Below are positions 1 through 8,149 of a stretch of DNA of 64,000 bases, in pieces. This DNA is from Flexilinea sp. Lineage in GTDB: Bacteria > Bacteroidota > Bacteroidia > Bacteroidales > UBA932. Within the stretch, counting starts at the first letter, position 1. Every line of letters starts with the position of its first letter. Location: assembly GCA_963589825.1 (NCBI GenBank), contig CAVAMP010000007.1, positions 26 through 64,025 of the forward strand. The letters are read 5' to 3'. The position numbers were made by a program, and so were the translations under genes. The notes beneath the pieces were generated by a model. It made no database searches and was not told the DNA's origin. It saw only the letters and a list, made by a program, of their open reading frames with translations.

Positions 1-110
1 TTAAGAGTTAGTTAAGAGTTAGTTAAGAGTTAGTTAAGAGTTAGTTAAGAGTTAGTTAAGAGTTAGTTAAGAGTTAGTTAAGAGTTAGTTAAGAGTCAGT
101 TGAAAGTTAG
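1..110. repeat. 11-bp tandem repeat (TTAAGAGTTAG)n, truncated by the window start
   Basis: 8 perfect units at 1-88, then 2 degenerate units (TTAAGAGTCAG, TTGAAAGTTAG) ending 7 bp before the argC ATG. Confidence 0.97.
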
Positions 111-117
111 GTGAGAT

Positions 118-1089
118 ATGGAAGGAAAAATAAAAATAGGCATTGTCGGCGGCGCGGGCTACACTGCGGGCGAACTCATCCGCATCCTGGTGAACCATCC
201 GGCGGCGGAAATCGTCTTCGTTCACTCGGAGTCAAGCGCAGGAAAACCCCTCTGGGAGGTCCACACGGGGCTTTTGGGGGACACAGACCAGAGGTTTTGC
301 AGCGAGTACAACCTCGCTGACATCGATGTGCTGTTCCTCTGCTCCGCGCACGGAAAAAGCCGCGAGTTCTGGGAGAACAATTCCGCCCCCGAAGGCTTGA
401 AGGTCATTGACCTGGCCCAGGATTTCAGGGACGAAAGCGAGGGTTATGTCTATGGCCTTCCGGAGCTTCAGAGAGAGAAAATCCGTGGAGCGCAGAAAAT
501 CGCGAACCCGGGCTGCTTTGCAACCGCCATCCAGCTTGCGCTTCTTCCGCTCGCCTCCCGCGCCCTGATCCGGTCGGATGTCTGCATAAATGCCATAACT
601 GGCTCAACGGGGGCAGGGGTGAAACCTTCCTCGACGACACATTTCAGCTGGAGAAACAACAATATATCCGCATATAAAGTCTTTGAGCATCAGCACCTTA
701 AAGAAATCCGTCGCAATCTTTCACTTCTTCAGGGAGACTTCTGCCCGGAGCTTGATTTCGTTCCGATGAGGGGCGATTTCGCAAGGGGGATTTTCGCGGC
801 TGTGCACCTAGGGTGTCCGCTCAGCGAGGATGAGGCCAGACAACTTTATAAGGATTATTATAAGGATGCGGCTTTCACTTTCATTAGCGACGCCCCGGTG
901 GACCTCAAGCAGGTGGTTAACACCAACAAATGCCTACTGTCGCTCGAAAAACACGGCGAGAAACTCGTTGTCTGCTCGGTGATTGACAATCTTCTCAAGG
1001 GAGCGTCGGGCCAGGCGGTGCAGAATATGAACCTGCTCTTCGGCCTCGGGGAAGATACGGGTCTTCGCCTGAAAGCCTCCGCATTTTAG
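118..1089 (+). CDS. argC: N-acyl-gamma-glutamyl-phosphate reductase
   Basis: Rossmann GGAGYTAGEL, catalytic ANPGCFATA, C-terminal DNLLKGASGQAVQNMN; arg cluster context. Confidence 0.96.
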   Translation: MEGKIKIGIVGGAGYTAGELIRILVNHPAAEIVFVHSESSAGKPLWEVHTGLLGDTDQRFCSEYNLADIDVLFLCSAHGKSREFWENNSAPEGLKVIDLAQDFRDESEGYVYGLPELQREKIRGAQKIANPGCFATAIQLALLPLASRALIRSDVCINAITGSTGAGVKPSSTTHFSWRNNNISAYKVFEHQHLKEIRRNLSLLQGDFCPELDFVPMRGDFARGIFAAVHLGCPLSEDEARQLYKDYYKDAAFTFISDAPVDLKQVVNTNKCLLSLEKHGEKLVVCSVIDNLLKGASGQAVQNMNLLFGLGEDTGLRLKASAF

Positions 1090-1172
1090 GGGCGTCCCGG
1101 GCGAGGGCTGTGGATTTTCAAAATGTGCGTGTCATAGTGAAGGAATTATAATTGAATCAAGAAGTTACGAAT

Positions 1173-2315
1173 ATGGATTTATTCAAAGTTTATAAATTAT
1201 GGGACATCGAGCCGGTTCGCGGCCTCGACACCAAACTTTGGGACAGGAACGGCGTTGAATACACCGACCTTTACGGCGGACACGCCGTCATCAGCATCGG
1301 TCACTGCCATCCGCACTATGTCAAGATGCTTTCCGAGCAGCTCACCCGCCTCGGATTCTACTCCAATGCCGTGCAGAACTCCCTCCAGAAGACTCTTGCC
1401 GAGAAACTTGGGCGCATTTCCGGCTACTCCGACTACTCGCTCTTTCTTTGCAACAGCGGCGCGGAGGCCAATGAAAACGCCCTCAAACTCGCTTCGTTCG
1501 CAACCGGGAGGGCAAAAGTCCTCGCCTTCTCAAAGTCCTTCCACGGCAGGACCAGCGGCGCTGTGGCTGCAACCGACAACCCGAAAATCCAGTCGCCGTT
1601 CAACAAGACCGACCACATAACCTTCGCTCCTCTCGGGGACGCCGAGGCTGTGGAAAAGGCTCTTTCCTCCGGGGAATATGCCGCTGTCATCGTCGAGGGC
1701 ATCCAGGGCGTTGCCGGCATCTATGAACCCGGGGACGACTTCTTCAAGACTCTGCGCTCCCTCTGCGACAAATACGGCACTCTTCTTATCGTGGATGAAA
1801 TCCAGTCGGGATATGGCCGCAGCGGACTTTTCTTCGCCCACCAGCACTCCGGAGTGAGGGCCGACATAGTCACCACTGCAAAGGGAATGGCGAACGGACT
1901 CCCGATCGGCGGAGTGATCATTTCCCCTTCCATCAAACCCGAATACGGAATGCTCGGCACCACCTTCGGAGGCAACCACCTTGCCTGCACGGCTGCAATC
2001 GCTGTGCTGGATGTGATTGAGAATGAGCATCTTGTGGAGAATGCGGCGAAGATGGGTGAGTATTTCACGCAGGCTTTCAACGGAGCGGACGGACTCGACC
2101 CGGCGCTGAAGGAATATCGCGGAAGAGGACTTATGATCGGGCTCGAGTTGAAGCCGGAGTTCGTGGGTCTACGCGACCGCCTTCTTTTTGAGAAGCATTT
2201 CTTCACCGGTGCCGCAGGCGCTTCGGTCATCAGGCTCCTTCCGTCGCTTACAATCAGCAAGGAGACTGCGGATGCGTTTATAACTGCCTGGCGTGAACTT
2301 ACCCGACTGTCCTAA
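1173..2315 (+). CDS. argD: Acetyl/succinylornithine aminotransferase (class III PLP)
   Basis: NSGAEANE, FHGRT, DEIQSG, TAKGMANG (PLP lysine), GTTFGGN; start placed at ATG 1173 rather than TTG 1152. Confidence 0.93.
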   Translation: MDLFKVYKLWDIEPVRGLDTKLWDRNGVEYTDLYGGHAVISIGHCHPHYVKMLSEQLTRLGFYSNAVQNSLQKTLAEKLGRISGYSDYSLFLCNSGAEANENALKLASFATGRAKVLAFSKSFHGRTSGAVAATDNPKIQSPFNKTDHITFAPLGDAEAVEKALSSGEYAAVIVEGIQGVAGIYEPGDDFFKTLRSLCDKYGTLLIVDEIQSGYGRSGLFFAHQHSGVRADIVTTAKGMANGLPIGGVIISPSIKPEYGMLGTTFGGNHLACTAAIAVLDVIENEHLVENAAKMGEYFTQAFNGADGLDPALKEYRGRGLMIGLELKPEFVGLRDRLLFEKHFFTGAAGASVIRLLPSLTISKETADAFITAWRELTRLS

Positions 2316-2423
2316 ACGGCGAATTACTGCGTTATGCTCCTTGGTGAAATCCTCTGGGCCCTCAGGTTGCTCCGGTTTCCCCTTCGTCGCAAGCCTTGTA
2401 CTTCATCCGTTTAAGCCAGTCGG
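2303..2423 (+). repeat. Dispersed ~120-bp palindromic/structured element, family A, copy 1
   Basis: Core TACTGCGTT...AAATCCTCTGGGCCC..AGGTTGCTCCGGT...GTCGC..AGCCTTGTA recurs at ~53425 and ~59256; outer stem CCGACTG..TAAACGG / CCGTTTA..CAGTCGG. Confidence 0.9.
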
Positions 2424-2481
2424 CATCCAGTTAATTGTTCCTGTTTACTGCAACATTTGTCAAATTATTTATTCCAATAAA

Positions 2482-2513
2482 TTTGGACTTGGAGTTTTTT
2501 GAGATTAACTTTG
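2482..2513 (+). promoter_or_regulatory. Bacteroidetes sigma-A promoter for argF'
   Basis: TTTG (2482-2485)-N20-TAACTTTG (2506-2513), 9 bp before ATG 2523. Confidence 0.75.
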
Positions 2514-2522
2514 CAACCCGAA

Positions 2523-3476
2523 ATGAAAGAATTTACAACCGTATATCAGCTCGGAGACTTCGAAAGGGCGCTTTCCGCCGCCCGCGAGGTCAAGGCCAAT
2601 CCTTTTTCCAATCAATCCCTCGGACATAACAGGACACTGCTTCTGGTGTTCTTCAACAACAGCCTCCGCACCCGTCTCAGCACCCAGAAAGCGGCGCTCA
2701 ACCTCGGAATGAACGTAATCGTTCTCGATGTGAACCAGGGCGCGTGGAAACTCGAAACCGAAAGGGGAGTCGTTATGGACGGCGACAAGAGCGAGCATCT
2801 TCTGGAGGCCATCCCCGTTATGGGAAGCTACTGCGACATGATTGGAGTGAGGTCCTTCGCCCGTTTCGAGAGCAAGGAGGATGACTACAACGAGGTGATA
2901 CTCAATCAGTTCATTAAATATTCCGGGAAGCCGGTCTTCAGTATGGAGGCTGCAACCCGCCATCCTCTCCAGACTTTTGCCGACATCATAACAATTGAGG
3001 AGCACAAGAAAACCCGCCGCCCTAAGGTGGTGATGACCTGGGCTCCGCATCCGAAGGCTCTTCCGCAGGCCGTTCCGAATTCTTTTGCGGAAGGAATGGA
3101 CTGGGCAGGATATGATTTTGTGATTGCGAATCCTGAAGGCTATGACCTTTCAAAGGAATTTACCCGGGGCGCGAAAGTCACTCACAATCAGGACGAAGCG
3201 CTCGAAGGGGCGGACTTTGTCTATGCGAAGAACTGGTCGGCTTTCGAGGGGGAGAACTATGGAAAAGTCATCTGCCGTGACCGTAGCTGGACTGTCACAG
3301 ACGAGAAGATGGCTCTTACCAACAACGCCTTCTTTATGCACTGCCTCCCGGTAAGAAGGAATATGATTGTGAGCGACTCGGTCATCGAGAGCCCGCAGTC
3401 GCTGGTGATTCCGGAGGCCGCCAACAGGGTCGTCTCCGCGCAGACGGTAATCCGCGAAATGCTGAAATCGCTCTAG
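2523..3476 (+). CDS. argF: N-succinylornithine (acyl-ornithine) carbamoyltransferase ArgF'
   Basis: NNSLRTRLS, DGDKSEH, HPLQ, WAPHPKALPQAV, HCLPVRRN, typical of the AOTCase/SOTCase family; start ATG 2523 lies after the promoter. Confidence 0.92.
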   Translation: MKEFTTVYQLGDFERALSAAREVKANPFSNQSLGHNRTLLLVFFNNSLRTRLSTQKAALNLGMNVIVLDVNQGAWKLETERGVVMDGDKSEHLLEAIPVMGSYCDMIGVRSFARFESKEDDYNEVILNQFIKYSGKPVFSMEAATRHPLQTFADIITIEEHKKTRRPKVVMTWAPHPKALPQAVPNSFAEGMDWAGYDFVIANPEGYDLSKEFTRGAKVTHNQDEALEGADFVYAKNWSAFEGENYGKVICRDRSWTVTDEKMALTNNAFFMHCLPVRRNMIVSDSVIESPQSLVIPEAANRVVSAQTVIREMLKSL

Positions 3477-3556
3477 CGGACTAGCCAACGTGACGCTATG
3501 CGGGACGCTGTCGGGGCGCAGAAATATAAGTTTAAACGCAAAGTTAAACTCTTAAT

Positions 3557-4345
3557 ATGGCAATAAAAGTCGTAAAAATTGGCGGAAACGTCGTGGACTC
3601 ACCGGAGCTTCTTGAGAAGTTCTGCAGGGATTTCGCGGCTCTCGAGGGAGAGAAAGTGCTCGTGCACGGCGGCGGAAAAATTGCCAGCGACCTTCAGAGA
3701 AGACTCGGAATGGAGCCTCAGATGATTGAGGGCCGCAGAGTCACCGACCCCGAGACCCTTCAGATTGTGACTATGGTCTATGCCGGGTGGTGCAGCAAGC
3801 ACATAACCGCCCTGCTCCAGAAATACGACTGCAACGCTATGGGCGTTTCCGGTTGTGACGCGTCGCTTATAACGGCCACCCGCCGCACTCCCAAGCTGCT
3901 TTCCGACGGTGTCACCCTCGTGGACTACGGCCTTGTGGGCAATGTGAACCCGCTGGGAGTGAATGTGGAGAGGGTCCGGTGGATGATTGAGGGCGGGGTA
4001 GTTCCCGTTTTCAATGCCATCAACCACAACCGTGCTGGAGACCTTCTGAACACCAACGCCGACACGATAGCTGCCAGTCTCGCTTCGGCTCTTGGCGCAG
4101 AACTCGTCTACTGCTTTGAGCTTCCCGGAGTGCTTCTTGACCGGAACGAAACTTCGAGCGTCATCCCTTCGCTTGACCTCAAGGGGTATGAACGCCTCAA
4201 GGCCGAGGGAAAGATTGCCGGCGGAATGATCCCGAAACTGGATAATTCTTTCGATGCCATCCGCGAGGGGGCTGCGTGCGTTACAATCAAGCACTCCTCC
4301 GACCTTCTTCGCGAGGGCGCCGGCACAAAATTGAAATTAAGATAA
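3557..4345 (+). CDS. argB: Acylglutamate kinase
   Basis: VVKIGGN, VHGGG, GRRVTD, NTNADTIA, GGMIPKL. Confidence 0.94.
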   Translation: MAIKVVKIGGNVVDSPELLEKFCRDFAALEGEKVLVHGGGKIASDLQRRLGMEPQMIEGRRVTDPETLQIVTMVYAGWCSKHITALLQKYDCNAMGVSGCDASLITATRRTPKLLSDGVTLVDYGLVGNVNPLGVNVERVRWMIEGGVVPVFNAINHNRAGDLLNTNADTIAASLASALGAELVYCFELPGVLLDRNETSSVIPSLDLKGYERLKAEGKIAGGMIPKLDNSFDAIREGAACVTIKHSSDLLREGAGTKLKLR

Positions 4346-4421
4346 CTCCTGAGCCGCCTTTAGCAGACAGGCCCGGAATAAAATAATAGGTGTAAGTTAG
4401 ATACTTGCGAAAGTTGAATAA

Positions 4422-5591
4422 ATGGAAATGGACTCAAAATACGAGCAATACATAGACCTGCTTAGGCAGATGGTCCGCACTCCGTCTCCATCCTTTGAGG
4501 AGGAGAAGGTCGCGGAGGTGATTTGTTCGTTTTTGCGTTCCAGCGGCATTTCCTGTGAACTTCGCCGGGGCAATATCCTCGCGCTCAACCGCCTTTTCGA
4601 CCCATCGAAGCCTACTCTTGCGCTTGATGCGCACATGGACACGGTTCCTCCGGCGTCCTCGTACACCAGAGACCCGTTTGACCCCGGGAATGACCCCGAA
4701 ACGGTCTGGGGACTTGGTTCGAATGATGATGGGGGAAGTGTCGTGGCGATGACTGCGGCCTTTTCCCATTTCTATAATAGTGAGCTGCCGTTCAATCTGA
4801 TGCTCTCTCTCACAAGGGAGGAGGAGCGCTCGGGGGCGGACGGCGCAAAATGGCTCTACGGCGCTGACCTGAAGGCCTCTGAGGCTGCGGAATGTGCCGG
4901 GGCTTCAACCGGAGGCAATGCTGAAGGCGGCCTTGCTTCAGACCCCGTTTTCCCGCTTCCCAAGTGGGCTATCGTTGGCGAACCGACTGGAATGAAGGCT
5001 GCAACAAGCGAAAAGGGACTGCTCGTTATGGACGGCGAGGCTCACGGGCTTAGCGGCCACGCGGCAAGAGGGGAGGGAGTGAACGCTCTCTACATCGCTC
5101 TTGACGACATAGCCGCTCTCCGCTCCCACCGCTTCGAGAGAGTATCTCCGGTGATGGGTGAAGTGCACCTTAATGTCACCCAGATTGAGGCGGGGACGGC
5201 GCACAATGTGATTCCGGACCTCTGCCGCTTTGTGGTGGACATCCGCCCGACCGACGTCTATGACAATGCAGAGATTCTGGAGGAACTTCAGGCCATCTGC
5301 AAAAGCTCCCTCAGGGCCCGCAATCTTGCAAACCGCGCATCGGCAACGTCGCTCGGGGACCCCCTGCTTTCAACTGTGCAGAACCTCGGCATCCCGACAT
5401 TCTCCTCCCCGACGACTTCCGACTGGATGAGAATTGCCTCGGCGGGGGTTGACGCCGTGAAAATGGGTCCCGGGGACTCGGCAAGATCGCACCGTGCGGA
5501 CGAATATATAAAGGTGAGTGAAATCACCGATGCCATCGGCATTTACATCGGTTTCATTGAAAATTTCGCAGCGAATTTCGCTGATATATAG
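4422..5591 (+). CDS. argE: M20 family deacylase (ArgE-like acyl-ornithine/citrulline deacylase)
   Basis: AHMDTV, GLGSNDDGGS, EEE, GEPT, SHRADE; arg cluster context. Confidence 0.85.
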   Translation: MEMDSKYEQYIDLLRQMVRTPSPSFEEEKVAEVICSFLRSSGISCELRRGNILALNRLFDPSKPTLALDAHMDTVPPASSYTRDPFDPGNDPETVWGLGSNDDGGSVVAMTAAFSHFYNSELPFNLMLSLTREEERSGADGAKWLYGADLKASEAAECAGASTGGNAEGGLASDPVFPLPKWAIVGEPTGMKAATSEKGLLVMDGEAHGLSGHAARGEGVNALYIALDDIAALRSHRFERVSPVMGEVHLNVTQIEAGTAHNVIPDLCRFVVDIRPTDVYDNAEILEELQAICKSSLRARNLANRASATSLGDPLLSTVQNLGIPTFSSPTTSDWMRIASAGVDAVKMGPGDSARSHRADEYIKVSEITDAIGIYIGFIENFAANFADI

Positions 5592-5626
5592 GTATTTATT
5601 TTGGGGGCCAATGCCCCTTTTATTTT

Positions 5627-6958
5627 ATGGCAACACTCTGGAACAAGGGAACAAGCGCGACGGACGCTGTGGAGGCTTTCACGGTCGGAAACGACAGGGA
5701 ACTGGACCTGCGGCTCGCGAAATACGATGTTGAGGGCTCCAAGGCCCACATCAGGATGCTCGAAAGCATCGGGCTCCTCACAAAGGACGAACTTTCCACC
5801 CTTCTGGGCGGCCTGGACGAGATTTCTCGGAGCATCGAGGCGGGGACTTTCACTCTCGAAGACGATGTGGAGGACATCCACTCCCAGGTGGAACTTTGCC
5901 TCACGAGGAGACTCGGCGAGGTGGGAAAGAAAATCCATTCCGGCCGCTCCCGCAACGACCAGGTGCTCGTGGACATTAAGCTTTTCCTTCGCGACGAGCT
6001 GCTCGCCTTCCGAACCGAAACCCTTGCGCTTTTCAATAAACTTCAGAGCCTCAGCGAGAAATACAGGGAAGTCCTGCTTCCGGGCTACACCCACGCCCAG
6101 ATTGCAATGCCTTCCTCCTTCGGAATGTGGTTCGGGGCTTATGCGGAGGCGCTTGTGGACGATATGTCTATGCTCGGCGGGGCCTACAGGGTCGTGAACC
6201 GCAACCCGCTCGGGTCTGCCGCAGGATATGGCAATTCCTTCCCTCTGGACAGGGATATGACGACCAGGCTTCTTGGCTTCGACTCCCCGGTCGTTAACAG
6301 CGTAGCGGCGCAGATGAGCCGCGGGAAGACGGAAAGGTGCGTAGCTTCCGCAATGGGATCGATTGCGCTGACTCTCAATAAGTTCGCCGCCGACTGCTGC
6401 CAGTATATGTGCCCTAATTTCGGCTTCATCCACTTTCCTGACAACCTCACGACGGGCTCGAGCATAATGCCGCACAAAAAGAATCCGGATGTGTGGGAGA
6501 TGGTGAGGGGAAAATGCAACCGGGTGCTTTCGGTGGAGAATGAGATTTCCCTTCTCTGCAGCAATATGCCTCACGGCTATCATCGTGACTATCAGCTTCT
6601 TAAAGATATACTTTTCCCTGCTCTCACGCTCCTTCACGAGTGCCTCGGGATGACGGATTATATGCTCTCGCACATTGAGGTGAACGAACATATCCTCGAA
6701 AATCCCCTCTACACCTACCTTTTCACAGTCGAGGAGGTGAACCGCAGAACGCTCTCCGGGGTGCCTTTCAGGGAGGCGTACAAACAGGTCGGGATTGAGG
6801 TGAACGAGGGAAGGTTCAAATATAGCGGCGCCGACACTGCGCACCTGAAGGCTTCGGATCTCGGTCATACGCACATCGGAAGCCTCGGAAATCTCGGCAA
6901 TGACAGGATTGCGGCGTTGATGAAGGAGGCTGCCGCCTGGGGCGAGCGGAAGGCTTAG
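5627..6958 (+). CDS. argH: Argininosuccinate lyase
   Basis: HSGRSRNDQV, PGYTH, GSSIMPHKKNPD. Confidence 0.96.
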   Translation: MATLWNKGTSATDAVEAFTVGNDRELDLRLAKYDVEGSKAHIRMLESIGLLTKDELSTLLGGLDEISRSIEAGTFTLEDDVEDIHSQVELCLTRRLGEVGKKIHSGRSRNDQVLVDIKLFLRDELLAFRTETLALFNKLQSLSEKYREVLLPGYTHAQIAMPSSFGMWFGAYAEALVDDMSMLGGAYRVVNRNPLGSAAGYGNSFPLDRDMTTRLLGFDSPVVNSVAAQMSRGKTERCVASAMGSIALTLNKFAADCCQYMCPNFGFIHFPDNLTTGSSIMPHKKNPDVWEMVRGKCNRVLSVENEISLLCSNMPHGYHRDYQLLKDILFPALTLLHECLGMTDYMLSHIEVNEHILENPLYTYLFTVEEVNRRTLSGVPFREAYKQVGIEVNEGRFKYSGADTAHLKASDLGHTHIGSLGNLGNDRIAALMKEAAAWGERKA

Positions 6959-7028
6959 AGCGGGGGTGGAACGCTGCGCTTGTGACCCCTTGCAACTGAT
7001 TGAAAAATAATGGCTTAAAAATACAGAT

Positions 7029-8099
7029 ATGGCAAAAAAAGCAAAACTCATTCTTGAGGACGGCATCACGATGGAGGGCTGGAGTTTCGGCGCTCCTGTC
7101 TCCGGAAGCGGCGAGGTGGTTTTCTCCACCGCAATGGTCGGCTATCCCGAGAGCCTCACGGACCCTTCCTACGAGGGGCAGATTCTCTGCGTAAGTTACC
7201 CTCTGATCGGAAATTACGGCATTCCTTCGGAGAGGCGTGACGCGAACGGACTCTGCACCACCTTCGAGTCGGAGAGAATTCACACCCGCGGACTGATAAT
7301 CTCGGACTACAGCGAGAAATTCAGCCACTGGGATGCGGTGAAGAGCCTTGACGAGTGGCTCGCCGAGCAGGGCGTGCCGGGCATCTACGGCATCGATACC
7401 CGTGAACTCACCAAGCTCATCCGCACGCGCGGCGCGATGCTCGGAAAGATTGTCCCGGAAGGGGAGAGCGAGGATTTCCCGTTCTACAATCCCAACACCG
7501 AGAATCAGGTTGCGCTTGCAAGCTGCTCTGAGAGAGTTATTTACGGAGAGGGCGAGAAGACCATAGTCGTTGTTGACTGCGGCATCAAGCACAGAATCCT
7601 CCGCTGCCTTCTGAAAAGGGGTGTGAGAGTCATCAGGGTGCCTTGGGACTACGATTTCAACGCTCTTGAGTGGGACGGACTTTTCATATCCAACGGCCCG
7701 GGAAACCCTGCTCTCTGCACAAAGGCTGTGGAGCACATCCGTGAGGCCTACAAGGGCGAGAAGCCGATTTTCGGCATCTGTATGGGCAACCAGCTGATGT
7801 CGCTTGCCGCAGGGGCCAGCACCTACAAGCTCCCGTACGGCCACCGAAGTCACAACCAGCCGGTGCGCGAGTGCGGAACAACCCGCTGCTACATCACTTC
7901 CCAGAACCACGGATTTGCGGTTGACGAAAAGACCCTCCCTGAGGACTGGGTGCCGTATTTCGAGAATATGAACGACGGGACCAACGAGGGAATCCGCCAC
8001 AGGAGCAAGCCGTTCTTTTCGGCGCAGTTCCACCCGGAGGCGTCCAGCGGACCTGTTGATACGGAGTTTCTCTTCGATGACTTCATCGCAAGGCTTTGA
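7029..8099 (+). CDS. carA: Carbamoyl-phosphate synthase small subunit
   Basis: GYPESLTDPSY, SNGPGNP, GICMGNQ, QFHPEA. Confidence 0.97.
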   Translation: MAKKAKLILEDGITMEGWSFGAPVSGSGEVVFSTAMVGYPESLTDPSYEGQILCVSYPLIGNYGIPSERRDANGLCTTFESERIHTRGLIISDYSEKFSHWDAVKSLDEWLAEQGVPGIYGIDTRELTKLIRTRGAMLGKIVPEGESEDFPFYNPNTENQVALASCSERVIYGEGEKTIVVVDCGIKHRILRCLLKRGVRVIRVPWDYDFNALEWDGLFISNGPGNPALCTKAVEHIREAYKGEKPIFGICMGNQLMSLAAGASTYKLPYGHRSHNQPVRECGTTRCYITSQNHGFAVDEKTLPEDWVPYFENMNDGTNEGIRHRSKPFFSAQFHPEASSGPVDTEFLFDDFIARL

Positions 8100-8149
8100 C
8101 AGTCGGGTGTACAATTTCCTTTTAGATTTTTATAGAAATAGCGCAAACT

